NCBI GenBank assembly: GCA_947381965.1
Contig: CANCXX010000014.1
Span: 2,270-66,269, forward strand
Direction: 5' to 3'
Length of the DNA stretch: 64,000 bases
Source of the DNA: an uncultured bacterium
GTDB taxonomy: Bacteria; Bacillota; Clostridia; Lachnospirales; Lachnospiraceae
The translations under genes were made by a program, and so were the position numbers. The notes beneath the pieces were generated by a model that was not told the DNA's origin, did not search any database, and saw only the letters and a list, made by a program, of their open reading frames with translations. Of this stretch, positions 17,088 to 27,160 are shown in pieces (the stretch's first letter is position 1; every line of letters begins with the position of its first letter).

Positions 17088-18581
17088 CTACTGCACCATC
17101 AGATTTGTATATCCCATCAGACTTTCGTCAACAGCTCTCGCCGCTTCCCGTCCTTCACGTATTGCCCATACCACAAGGGACTGTCCTCTGTGCATATCCC
17201 CTGCTGTAAATACATTTTTAACAGAGGTTTCATACCCTCCGTCCCTGGTCTTTACATTGCTTCTTTCAGTCACTGCCGTCTTAAAGGCATCCGTCACATA
17301 CTTCTGACTTCCCAGAAAGCCCGCTGCAATCAGAACGATCTCTGCAGGAAGCGTCTGTTCGGATCCGGGCGCTTCTTTCATCTCCATACGCCCCGTCTCC
17401 ACATTTTTTCCCCACAATACCTTCACAATCTTTACCCCTTTCAGGTTTCCATCTTTATCTTTTACAAATTCCTTTACCGTGGATTCGTAAATCCTTGGAT
17501 CATGCCCGAAAAGTGCAATGGCTTCCTCCTGCCCATAATCGGTTTTGCAGATTTTAGGCCACTCCGGCCATGGATTGTTTTCCGGACGTTTATCCGGCGC
17601 TTTGGGCATCATTTCTATCTGGGCCACAGACTTACAGCCCTGACGGATGCTGGTGCCGACGCAGTCGTTCCCTGTATCGCCTCCTCCAATAATCACCACA
17701 TTTTTATTCCTGGCGTTTATAAATTTTCCATCTGCAAAATTGGAATCCAGCAGGCTTCTGGTATTGGCCTTCAAATAATCCACCGCAAAATATATTCCTT
17801 TGGCATCCCTTCCCGGTACATTGATATCACGTGGATTGGAAGCGCCGCAGGCTAACACGATGCGGTCATAATCCTTTAAAAGCTTATCCGCCTTAATTTC
17901 CTTTCCAATATCCGCTCCGGTTACAAAACTGACCCCTTCCGCTTCCATCACCTTTACTTTCCGCTCCACTATATGTTTTTCCAGCTTCATATTGGGAATA
18001 CCGTACATTAAAAGCCCGCCAATACGGTCAGAACGCTCAAATACCGTTACGCTGTGTCCTCTTTTATTCAGCTGGTCCGCCACCGCAAGCCCGGCAGGTC
18101 CGCTTCCCACCACTGCCACCCGTTTTCCTGTACGCACCTTGGGCGGCTTGGGGTCGGCATATCCTTTTTCATAAGCGTTTTCAATAATTGCATATTCGTT
18201 TTCCTTTGTGGAAACCGGTTCTTCCAAAAGCCCGCAGGTACAGGCAGCCTCACACAGGGCCGGACAGACCCTTGAGGTAAATTCCGGGAAGCTGTTGGTC
18301 TTCACCAGACGGTGATACGCCTGCTTCCAGTTTCCCATATACACAAGATCATTCCACTCCGGCACCAGATTGTGCAGGGGACATCCGCTGGTCATTCCCC
18401 CTACCGTCATTCCGGACTGGCAAAACGGCACCCCGCACTCCATACAACGCGCCCCCTGCAGTCTTTGCCTTTCCATAGGAAGATGCTCGTGAAATTCATT
18501 AAAGTTCTTAATTCTCTCCTTAGGCAACATGTCCTTCGACACTTCTCTTTTATAATCCATAAATCCCGTTGGTTTTCCCAT
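17088..18581 (-). CDS. gltD: Glutamate synthase small subunit
   Basis: MGKPTGF, RCMECGVPFC, GSGPAGL, GGGDTGNDC and GDMHRGQSLVVWAI. Confidence 0.97.
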   Translation of the reverse strand: MGKPTGFMDYKREVSKDMLPKERIKNFNEFHEHLPMERQRLQGARCMECGVPFCQSGMTVGGMTSGCPLHNLVPEWNDLVYMGNWKQAYHRLVKTNSFPEFTSRVCPALCEAACTCGLLEEPVSTKENEYAIIENAYEKGYADPKPPKVRTGKRVAVVGSGPAGLAVADQLNKRGHSVTVFERSDRIGGLLMYGIPNMKLEKHIVERKVKVMEAEGVSFVTGADIGKEIKADKLLKDYDRIVLACGASNPRDINVPGRDAKGIYFAVDYLKANTRSLLDSNFADGKFINARNKNVVIIGGGDTGNDCVGTSIRQGCKSVAQIEMMPKAPDKRPENNPWPEWPKICKTDYGQEEAIALFGHDPRIYESTVKEFVKDKDGNLKGVKIVKVLWGKNVETGRMEMKEAPGSEQTLPAEIVLIAAGFLGSQKYVTDAFKTAVTERSNVKTRDGGYETSVKNVFTAGDMHRGQSLVVWAIREGREAARAVDESLMGYTNLMVQ

Positions 18582-18596
18582 CTGTTATCTCCTATT

Positions 18597-18822
18597 CCAG
18601 TTCCGCATCCGCCCTTCCCAGTACCAACTACCTGCAGAGAAATGCTGGCTGTTTCACATCCAGCATTTCTCTGGGCACTGGTCCGGGCTGATGCTGTTTT
18701 CCAGTTCCGCTCCCGCCCTTCCCAGTGCCAAAACCTGCAGAGTAAAAATTGTCTGCTACACATCCAATTTTTCTCTGGGCTCTGGTCCGGGCTGATGCTG
18801 TTTTTCCGGTTCCGCATCCGCC
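18597..18822. repeat. ~104-bp structured intergenic repeat: two units plus a partial third
   Basis: Units start at 18597, 18701 and 18806 (CCAGTTCCGC/CCGGTTCCGC). Internal CAGAG...CTCTG hairpin. Confidence 0.85.
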
Positions 18823-18838
18823 TTTTGGAAGCTCGTTT

Positions 18839-21800
18839 TTATTTCTTTTCTGCCATGGCCGCATAGAACGCTTCTATCTGGGCCTGTTCCGCGCTTAAAC
18901 CTTTTTCCTCCATCTGCACGATGGCTGTAAGCATCTTTTCATAGTCATGGGGAATAATCTTTTTAAACTTGGGCAGGTATTCTTTAAAGTTATCCAAAAT
19001 CAGCTTCCCTTTTTCCGAATTTGTAAGCGCCACATGCTCTTTTATCATTTCCTTTAATTCAATTACATCATACTTGGAGGTCACTTCATAAGAAGATACC
19101 ATTTCCTTATTCAGTCGGATATATAAATCATTGTCCTCATCCAGCACATAGGCAATGCCGCCGCTCATGCCCGCCGCAAAGTTTTTGCCAGTTCTTCCAA
19201 GAACAGCCACCCGGCCTCCCGTCATGTATTCACAGCCATGGTCGCCTACTCCTTCCACCACCGCAACTGCGCCGGAATTGCGCACACCAAACCGTTCTCC
19301 CGCCACTCCGTTGATAAAAGCCTTGCCGCTGGTGGCGCCGTAAAGGGCAACATTTCCTATTATAATGTTATCCTCCGCCTTGAAACGGCTTCCTTTGGGC
19401 GGATAAACAATCAGTTTGCCGCCTGAAAGTCCTTTGCCAAAATAGTCGTTACTGTCTCCCGCCAGCTCTAAAGTCAGCCCTTTGGGTATAAATGCCCCAA
19501 AGCTCTGGCCCCCCGCTCCGCTGCAAAATACACGGTAGGTATCCTCTTCCAGATTATCCCCTATCCGCCTGGTAATCTGGGAGCCAAGAATTGTCCCAAA
19601 GGCACGGTCCGTATTTTTTACGTTCACGGAAACGCTGCGCCCGGTCTTTTCATTTATGGATTTGTCCAGCTGCCGGAGCAGAACCTTTTCATCCATGGTA
19701 TTTTCCAGCTTAAAATCATAAACTTGTTTGGGGTCAAAGGTAACTTTTCCTTTGCCGCCCTCATAGGGATTGGTAAGGATAAGGCTTAAATCTATTTTTT
19801 TCTGGCTTTCGCTGAGATTTTCCTTTATTTTTAAAAGTTCTGTATGGCCAACCAGATCATCTACCCTGCGCACCCCCAGTTTGGCCATATATTCCCGAAG
19901 CTCCTGAGCGATAAAGCGCATGAAATTCATCACATATTCCGGTTTTCCCTTAAAGTTTTTGCGAAGAAGCGGGTTTTGGGTGGCAACTCCCACCGGACAG
20001 GTGTCCAAGTTGCAGACACGCATCATCACACATCCCATGGTCACAAGAGGCGCCGTGGCAAAGCCAAACTCTTCCGCTCCTAAAATTGCCGCAATAGCAA
20101 CATCCCTGCCACTCATCAGCTTGCCGTCTGTCTCAATCCTGACCTTATTTCTAAGACCATTCATAATCAGACTTTGGTGGGTTTCCGCCAGCCCCAGTTC
20201 CCATGGAAGACCTGCATTGTGGATGGAATTTCTTGGAGCCGCACCGGTTCCTCCGTCATAGCCGGAAACCAGAATTACCTGCGCCCCTGCCTTTGCCACC
20301 CCTGCCGCCACTGTGCCAACTCCCGCTTCTGATACCAGTTTTACGCTGATTCTTGCGGCTTTATTGGCATTCTTTAAATCATAAATCAGCTCCGCCAAAT
20401 CCTCTATGGAATAAATGTCATGATGGGGCGGCGGGGAAATCAGCCCTACGCCGGGGGTGGAATGTCTGGTTTTGGCAATCCACGGGTACACCTTACCGCC
20501 AGGCAGGTGCCCACCCTCGCCAGGCTTTGCCCCCTGTGCCATTTTTATCTGGATTTCATCGGCGCTTACCAGATATCTGCTGGTTACGCCAAACCTTCCG
20601 GAAGCCACCTGCTTAATGGCTGAACATTTGTTTGCACCGTCAGGCCCTGCAATCAAACGCTCCAATTCTTCTCCGCCTTCTCCGGAATTGGATTTTCCGT
20701 GGAGCCTGTTCATTGCAATTGCCATAGTTTCATGGGCTTCCTTCGAAATGGATCCATAGGACATAGCGCCTGTCTTAAACCGCGTCACAATAGAGTCCAC
20801 ACTTTCAACCTCTTCAATGGGAACACCTTTTTCCGGGTAATTAAAGTCCATCAGCCCCCGCAGATTTTTTACCGATTCCTCACTGTTAACCAGAGCGGTA
20901 TACTGCTTAAACATCTCATAGTCTCCCCCCTTTGTGGACTGCTGCAGCAGATGAATGGTAGCGGGATTATAAAGATGCTCATCCGCCCCGCTGCGCATCT
21001 TATGATGCCCCAGGCTATCCAGTGTCAAATCATTGGCAAGGCCCAGCGGATCAAAGGCCTGGGAATGCAGCGCATCCACCTGTTTTTCCATATCCTTAAT
21101 GGTAATGCCTCCCACCCGGCAAACAGTATGGGGAAAATATTTGTTAATAACTTCTTTATCTATGCCAATGGCCTCAAAAATCTGAGCGCCTTCATAGGAC
21201 TGGATGGTGCTGATACCCATCTTGGATGCAATCTTGACAATGCCGTGCAAAACCGCATTATTATAATCCTCCACTGCCGCATAGTAATCTTTATCCAGCA
21301 TATGGTCCTCAATCAGCTCTTTAATGGACTCCTGGGCAAGATAAGGATTGATGGCACAGGCGCCATAGCCAAGCAGCGTGGCAAAATGATGCACCTCCCT
21401 TGGCTCCCCGGACTCCAGAATAAGGGCAACGCTGGTCTTTTTCTTGGTAACAACCAGATGCTGGTTTAATGCGGAAACTGCCAGCAGGGAGGGAATCGCC
21501 ACATGATTTTCATCCACCCCCCGGTCAGAGAGAACCATAATGTTAACCCCGTCCCGGTACGCTCTGTCAACCTCCACAAAAAGCCGGTCAATGGCGCGTT
21601 CCAAGCTGGTGTTTTTGTAATAAGTGATGGGAATCACTTCCGCTTTAAATCCCTCCCTTTTCATACCCTTAATCTTCATAAGGTCCGTATTGGTAAGAAT
21701 GGGATTGTTTACCCTAAGCACGTTACAGTTTTTCGGTATTTCCTCCAAAATGTTTCCGTCCCTTCCCACATAAACCGTGGTGGAGGTAACCACCTCCTCC

Positions 21801-23392
21801 CGGATTGCATCAATAGGCGGATTTGTCACCTGTGCAAATAACTGCTTAAAATAGTGGAACAGCGGATGGTAGGTTTTGCTGAGAACAGGAAGGGGCGTAT
21901 CCACCCCCATGGCGGCAATGGCCTCTCCGCCGGTTTTGGCCATAGGAAGAATGCTGTTTTTTACCTCCTCATAAGAATACCCAAAGGCCTTCTGCATCCG
22001 CTCTCTTTCCTCATAAGTAAACTCCGGTACCCTCTCATTGGGTATTTTCAAATCATGTAAATGCACCAGGTTTCTGTCAATCCACTCGCCGTAAGGTTTC
22101 CGGGAAGCATAAGTTTCTTTCAGCTCATCATCATCAACCACCCTGCCTCTTACTGTATCCACCAGAAGCATTTTCCCCGGATGGAGCCTTTCCTTTACAA
22201 GAATCTTGGATGGGTCTATGTCAAGCACTCCCACCTCAGAGGATAAAATCAACTGATCATCCTCCGTAATCATATACCGGGAAGGCCGCAGGCCATTCCG
22301 GTCAAGCACCGCCCCCATAATATCTCCATCACAGAATAAAATGGAGGCAGGGCCGTCCCAGGGCTCCATCATAGTTGCATAGTATTGGTAAAAGTCCTTT
22401 TTATGCTGGGACATGGTCTTATTGTTTGCCCAGGGCTCCGGTATGGTAATCATCACCGCTAAAGGCAGTTCCATTCCGCTCATCACCAGAAATTCCAGGG
22501 TGTTATCCAACATGGCTGAGTCAGAACCGGAAGTGTTTACTACAGGCAGTACCTTGTGCAGCAACCCACGGAGATGCTCTGACTCCATGTTTTCCTCTCT
22601 TGCCAGCATTTTGTCCGCATTCCCCCGGATGGTATTGATTTCCCCGTTATGTACAATAAACCGGTTTGGATGGGCCCTCTCCCAGCTGGGATTCGTATTG
22701 GTGGAAAACCGGGAGTGAACCATAGCAATGGCTGACTCAAAGTCTTTATCCTGCAAATCCCCAAAAAAGGTGCGGAGCTGCCCCACCAGAAACATTCCCT
22801 TATATACTATGGTTCTGCTTGATAAGGATACCACATAAGTATTGTCCGAAGACTGCTCAAACACCCGCCTTGCCACATATAACAGTCGGTCAAAAGCAAC
22901 CCCCTTTTCCACTCCTGCAGGCTTCTTTATAAAAGCCTGCATAATATGAGGCATACACTCCACCGCTTTATGCCCAAGAACCGCCGGGTTTGTGGGGACC
23001 TTCCTCCATCCCAGAAAAACAAGCCCTTCCTTCTCCACAATGATTTCAAACATTTTCTTTGCCTGGTTCTTTTGCAGCTCATCCTGTGGAAAGAAAAACA
23101 TGCCCACGCCATATTCTCTTTCCTCTCCTATGGAAATGCCAAGGGGCGCCGTTACTTTTTTGAAAAACTTATGGGGTATCTGAGTGAGAATTCCCACCCC
23201 GTCTCCTGTTTTGCCTTCCGCGTCCTTTCCTGCCCTGTGCTCAAGATTCTCCACTATTTTAAGAGCATTCTCCACTGTTTCCCGGCTTTTTACCCCTTTA
23301 ATATTGACACATGCCCCAATGCCGCAATTGTCGTGCTCAAATTCCGGGCGGTAAAGAGGGGCAACTGGCTGCGTGTTTTTTACATCAAACAT
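18839..23392 (-). CDS. gltB: Glutamate synthase large subunit
   Basis: EHDNCGIG N-terminal nucleophile Cys, HSRFSTNT, GAMSYGSIS, QGAKPGEGG and CVMMRVCNLDTC. Confidence 0.98.
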   Translation of the reverse strand: MFDVKNTQPVAPLYRPEFEHDNCGIGACVNIKGVKSRETVENALKIVENLEHRAGKDAEGKTGDGVGILTQIPHKFFKKVTAPLGISIGEEREYGVGMFFFPQDELQKNQAKKMFEIIVEKEGLVFLGWRKVPTNPAVLGHKAVECMPHIMQAFIKKPAGVEKGVAFDRLLYVARRVFEQSSDNTYVVSLSSRTIVYKGMFLVGQLRTFFGDLQDKDFESAIAMVHSRFSTNTNPSWERAHPNRFIVHNGEINTIRGNADKMLAREENMESEHLRGLLHKVLPVVNTSGSDSAMLDNTLEFLVMSGMELPLAVMITIPEPWANNKTMSQHKKDFYQYYATMMEPWDGPASILFCDGDIMGAVLDRNGLRPSRYMITEDDQLILSSEVGVLDIDPSKILVKERLHPGKMLLVDTVRGRVVDDDELKETYASRKPYGEWIDRNLVHLHDLKIPNERVPEFTYEERERMQKAFGYSYEEVKNSILPMAKTGGEAIAAMGVDTPLPVLSKTYHPLFHYFKQLFAQVTNPPIDAIREEVVTSTTVYVGRDGNILEEIPKNCNVLRVNNPILTNTDLMKIKGMKREGFKAEVIPITYYKNTSLERAIDRLFVEVDRAYRDGVNIMVLSDRGVDENHVAIPSLLAVSALNQHLVVTKKKTSVALILESGEPREVHHFATLLGYGACAINPYLAQESIKELIEDHMLDKDYYAAVEDYNNAVLHGIVKIASKMGISTIQSYEGAQIFEAIGIDKEVINKYFPHTVCRVGGITIKDMEKQVDALHSQAFDPLGLANDLTLDSLGHHKMRSGADEHLYNPATIHLLQQSTKGGDYEMFKQYTALVNSEESVKNLRGLMDFNYPEKGVPIEEVESVDSIVTRFKTGAMSYGSISKEAHETMAIAMNRLHGKSNSGEGGEELERLIAGPDGANKCSAIKQVASGRFGVTSRYLVSADEIQIKMAQGAKPGEGGHLPGGKVYPWIAKTRHSTPGVGLISPPPHHDIYSIEDLAELIYDLKNANKAARISVKLVSEAGVGTVAAGVAKAGAQVILVSGYDGGTGAAPRNSIHNAGLPWELGLAETHQSLIMNGLRNKVRIETDGKLMSGRDVAIAAILGAEEFGFATAPLVTMGCVMMRVCNLDTCPVGVATQNPLLRKNFKGKPEYVMNFMRFIAQELREYMAKLGVRRVDDLVGHTELLKIKENLSESQKKIDLSLILTNPYEGGKGKVTFDPKQVYDFKLENTMDEKVLLRQLDKSINEKTGRSVSVNVKNTDRAFGTILGSQITRRIGDNLEEDTYRVFCSGAGGQSFGAFIPKGLTLELAGDSNDYFGKGLSGGKLIVYPPKGSRFKAEDNIIIGNVALYGATSGKAFINGVAGERFGVRNSGAVAVVEGVGDHGCEYMTGGRVAVLGRTGKNFAAGMSGGIAYVLDEDNDLYIRLNKEMVSSYEVTSKYDVIELKEMIKEHVALTNSEKGKLILDNFKEYLPKFKKIIPHDYEKMLTAIVQMEEKGLSAEQAQIEAFYAAMAEKK

Positions 23393-23421
23393 GATAACTC
23401 TCCTTTCTGTCCTGTGCATAC

Positions 23422-23467
23422 AAAAACAGGTCGCAATGAGCCTCACCTAGCGCTCCATTGCGACCTG
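23422..23467 (-). promoter_or_regulatory. Leader terminator/attenuator before gltB with an ANTAR-like hairpin
   Basis: Minus strand reads CAGGTCGCAATGGAGC...GCTCATTGCGACCTG-TTTTTG. CGC-AATGGA-GCG lies inside the 5' arm. Confidence 0.55.
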
Positions 23468-23594
23468 CAAAAATAATGTACACCTATTTTGACATTTTGT
23501 AAATAAAAACTTTTCTGCAAATAGTCAGATAATACATTTATTTATATCCTGCGTTTCTATTTTCTGACTACTTGTCTGTAAATTGAATATATTC

Positions 23595-25025
23595 TCACAA
23601 AAGCTCTTTCAGCAGCTGGTTTACCATGCCCGGATCTGCTTTTCCTTTCATGGCTTTCATGGTCTGTCCTACCAAAAATCCAATTGCCTTTTCTTTTCCG
23701 TTATGATAATCCTGAACAGATTGGGGATTATTTGCAATTACTTCCTCCACAGTCTTTCGCAGCGCCCCCTCATCATTAACAGTTTTAAGGCCCTTTTCCT
23801 CCACATATTTCTCCGGGTCAATGTCTTTATCAAACATAACTTCAAAAACCTCCTTGGCCACAGAGCTGTTAATTGCCTTTGCATCTGTCAGGGCAATTAA
23901 TTTTGAAAGATTTTCCGGTGAAAAACGGATATCTTCCGTATCCATATTGTTTTCTTTCAAAAGCCGCAATGTTTCCACCATCAGCCAGTTAGATACTTTT
24001 TTGGGGGAACTGCCAAGAGCCACAGTTGCTTCAAAAATATCCGCCATATGCTTGCTTCCGGTAATGATTTCAATGTCATATTCAGGAATATCAAACTCTT
24101 CTTTATAACGGCGCATCTTTTCTTCCCTGAATTCCGGCTGTTTTTTGCGGATTTCCTCAAGAAAAGCATCGTCAAGAACAACCGGTGTCAAATCCGGGTC
24201 CGGGAAGTATCTGTAATCCTGGGCGTCCTCCTTACTTCTCATGGCATAGGATTCTCCCTTATTGTCATCCCATCTCCTGGTTTCCTGAACCACTTTTTCA
24301 CCGGATTCCAAAAGATCAATCTGACGCTCCCGCTCTCCCTCAATGGCCCTGGCAATGGCCTTAAAGGAATTTAAATTCTTCATTTCCGTGCGGGTGCCAA
24401 AGCCTTCTGTGCCTGCTTCTCTTATGGACAGGTTTACATCCGCCCGCATGGAGCCTTCCTGCAGCTTGCAGTCAGAAGCCCCAAGATATTGAATAATCAT
24501 ACGCAGTTTTTCCAGATAGGCAATCACTTCCTCCGGGCTTCGCATATCCGGCTCGGATACAATTTCAATTAGCGGAACGCCTGAGCGGTTAAAATCCACC
24601 AGAGAACAGTCGTCCCATTCATCATGAATCAGTTTACCTGCATCCTCCTCCATATGGATTTCATGTATTCTCACGAATTTCTTTCCCTGCCCTGTCTCAA
24701 TCTCTACTTTTCCGTCCCGGCAAATAGGCAGGTACAGTTGGGAAATCTGATAGTTTTGGGGATTATCAGGATAAAAATAGTTTTTACGGTCAAATTTACA
24801 ATTCCGGGTAATGGTGCAGTCTGCCGCCAGCCCTACCGCCACCGCATATTCCAGAACCTGTCTGTTTAAAACCGGAAGAGAACCGGGCATACCGGTGCAC
24901 ACCGGACAGGTATGGGTATTTGGCTCCCCGCCAAAAGCTGTGGAGCATCCACAGAAAATTTTGGTTTTGGTGGCCAGCTCCACATGAACTTCCAAACCAA
25001 TCACCGTTTCATACTGCTTTGCCAT
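23595..25025 (-). CDS. gatB: Asp/Glu-tRNA amidotransferase subunit B
   Basis: YETVIGLEVHVEL, FDRKNYFYPD, HMEEDAGK and DYRYFPDPDL. Confidence 0.98.
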   Translation of the reverse strand: MAKQYETVIGLEVHVELATKTKIFCGCSTAFGGEPNTHTCPVCTGMPGSLPVLNRQVLEYAVAVGLAADCTITRNCKFDRKNYFYPDNPQNYQISQLYLPICRDGKVEIETGQGKKFVRIHEIHMEEDAGKLIHDEWDDCSLVDFNRSGVPLIEIVSEPDMRSPEEVIAYLEKLRMIIQYLGASDCKLQEGSMRADVNLSIREAGTEGFGTRTEMKNLNSFKAIARAIEGERERQIDLLESGEKVVQETRRWDDNKGESYAMRSKEDAQDYRYFPDPDLTPVVLDDAFLEEIRKKQPEFREEKMRRYKEEFDIPEYDIEIITGSKHMADIFEATVALGSSPKKVSNWLMVETLRLLKENNMDTEDIRFSPENLSKLIALTDAKAINSSVAKEVFEVMFDKDIDPEKYVEEKGLKTVNDEGALRKTVEEVIANNPQSVQDYHNGKEKAIGFLVGQTMKAMKGKADPGMVNQLLKELL

Positions 25026-25026
25026 A

Positions 25027-26487
25027 CTACTGCTCCTCCTTTCCGCCAAAGGCGCCTCTTGCCTTTTCATAGGTAAAAGCTGTCTGTATCAGCTTCTTTT
25101 CCTTAAAACAATCCCCCATCAGCTGCAGGCCAATGGGCAGTCCCTGTGTGTCCATGCCACAGGGCAGGCTAAGGCCCGGCAAACCTGCCAGATTTACGGA
25201 AATCGTATAAATATCCCCTAAGTACATCTTAATGGGATCGGAAAGGCTCTCCCCTAACCTGGGCGCCGTGGTAGGCGCCACCGGTCCAAGTATTACATCA
25301 TACTTGGAAAATGCTTCATCAAAAGCTTTCTTTATCAGCGCTTTCACACGCAAAGCCTTTAAATAATATGCGTCATAATAACCAGAGCTTAGCACAAAGC
25401 TTCCCAACATAATCCTACGCTTTACTTCCGGCCCAAAGCCTTCGGAACGGGACTTTTTATACATATTATGAAGCCCCTCAAATTCTTCGGTGCGATAACC
25501 GTATTTTATGCCGTCAAAGCGTTCCAGATTGGAGCTTGCCTCTGCCGCCGCGATGGTATAATAAGCAGGAATGGCATATTCCACAAGGCTTAGATCAAAT
25601 TCCTCCACCAGCGCGCCTCTTTCTTTTAAAACCTGGGCGGCCTTTAGAACGGCGTCTTTTACTTCTCCGTCAAGACCTTCCCCCAGATAATCCTTTGGAA
25701 TACCGATTTTCATCCCCTTCACATCCTCCACAAGGGCGGAAGTAAAGTCTGTATCTTCCCTTTTTACAGAAGTGGAATCCTTAATATCATGGGAGGCAAT
25801 CGTTTCCATAATCGCCGCGCAGTCCGATACATCCTTGCAAAGAGGGCCGATCTGATCCAGAGAAGAACCATATGCCACCAGCCCATAACGGGATACTGTG
25901 CCGTAAGTAGGTTTAAGACCTACCACACCGCAAAAAGAAGCGGGCTGGCGGATAGATCCCCCTGTATCAGACCCAAGGGCATAAAAGCATTCCTTTGCGG
26001 CAACTGCCGCCGCACTTCCCCCGGAAGAACCTCCCGGCACATGTTCCGGATTCCAGGGATTTTTTGTCACCCCAAAAGCGGATGTCTCTGTGGTTGAACC
26101 CATGGCAAACTCGTCCATGTTAGTCTTCCCCAAAATCACAGCCCCGTTTCTCTGCAGGTTCAGCACTGCCTCCGCAGTATAAGTGGGAACAAAATTATAT
26201 AAAATCTTTGAGGAACAGGTGGTAAGCAGCCCTTCCGTGCACATATTGTCCTTAACCGCAACGGGCACCCCTGCAAGAGGACCCGTTAGCTCCCCTTTAT
26301 CTATCTTTTGCTGGATTTCCTGTGCCTGCTTACGGGCGCCTTCCTTATCTACCGTTACATAACAGTGATAAATATCCTCCTTTTTATCAATCTGTGAAAG
26401 AGCAGCTTCCACAGCTTCCGATACTGACACCTCTTTCCTTTTAATCGCCGCCCCAAGTTCAACGGCAGTCATATCAAGTATGCTCAT
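25027..26487 (-). CDS. gatA: Asp/Glu-tRNA amidotransferase subunit A
   Basis: Amidase signature GKTNMDEFAMGS...GGSSGGSA...GSDTGGSIRQPA. Confidence 0.98.
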   Translation of the reverse strand: MSILDMTAVELGAAIKRKEVSVSEAVEAALSQIDKKEDIYHCYVTVDKEGARKQAQEIQQKIDKGELTGPLAGVPVAVKDNMCTEGLLTTCSSKILYNFVPTYTAEAVLNLQRNGAVILGKTNMDEFAMGSTTETSAFGVTKNPWNPEHVPGGSSGGSAAAVAAKECFYALGSDTGGSIRQPASFCGVVGLKPTYGTVSRYGLVAYGSSLDQIGPLCKDVSDCAAIMETIASHDIKDSTSVKREDTDFTSALVEDVKGMKIGIPKDYLGEGLDGEVKDAVLKAAQVLKERGALVEEFDLSLVEYAIPAYYTIAAAEASSNLERFDGIKYGYRTEEFEGLHNMYKKSRSEGFGPEVKRRIMLGSFVLSSGYYDAYYLKALRVKALIKKAFDEAFSKYDVILGPVAPTTAPRLGESLSDPIKMYLGDIYTISVNLAGLPGLSLPCGMDTQGLPIGLQLMGDCFKEKKLIQTAFTYEKARGAFGGKEEQ

Positions 26488-26510
26488 CTTCTATGTGTCC
26501 TCCTATTTTA

Positions 26511-26627
26511 AGTTCCGCATTTTCCCTCCTGATGCCTTTAACGGCAGAGGAATTAAGGCCGCATATTCCCTGCGTCCTTAATTTCTCTGGGCATCCTACG
26601 GGCAAATGCTGTCTTTAAGTTCCGCAT
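26511..26627. repeat. Member of the ~104-bp structured repeat family, between gatC and gatA
   Basis: AGTTCCGCAT at 26511 and 26618. Hairpin CAGAGGAATTAAGG/CCTTAATTTCTCTG. Confidence 0.75.
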
Positions 26628-26634
26628 TTCTAGA

Positions 26635-26928
26635 TTATTCAAAAGTGCGGGGTACTGTAAACATGCCATTCTTTTCACCGGGCGCGTTCTTTAAAATTTC
26701 TTCACGCATATCACCGTTTGTCACTATATCTTCCCGGAATACATTCTTTACCGGAAATACATGAGACATAGGCTCTACACCGGAAGTGTCAAGTTCTCCC
26801 AGCTTATCTATATAATCCAGCATACTCCCCATATCCTTCTTGGCCTGCTCCTTCTCTTCCCCGGAAAGCTCCAGTTTGGCAAGAATTCCTACATATTCAA
26901 TGGTTTCATCAGAAATGATATTCGCCAT
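26635..26928 (-). CDS. gatC: Asp/Glu-tRNA amidotransferase subunit C
   Basis: [10 protein letters not shown]...NVFRED...NAP...FTVP. Upstream of gatA. Confidence 0.95.
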   Translation of the reverse strand: MANIISDETIEYVGILAKLELSGEEKEQAKKDMGSMLDYIDKLGELDTSGVEPMSHVFPVKNVFREDIVTNGDMREEILKNAPGEKNGMFTVPRTFE

Positions 26929-27160
26929 ATTCCCTTTCCTTTCTGTCCGCAATTTACCGCAAAATTTTTTCTATCAATAATTTACTACTTTTAAAGCCCT
27001 CTGTCCACTATTTTTGTACGCTTCCCCACCTCCCACAGATTGATTTCCATGGCTTTTTTATTTTTCCTATTGCCTTTTTTGCTTTTGGCTGATATGCTCC
27101 ATATAGAGAGGTTTGAATCATTTCAAACAAAAAGGTATCACTTACTTAGGAGGTATAGAA

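Noticed and set aside
18407-18864. ORFs spanning the gltB-gltD spacer, and the many antisense ORFs in the track
   Set aside because: They are translations of the repeat or shadows of real genes on the opposite strand.
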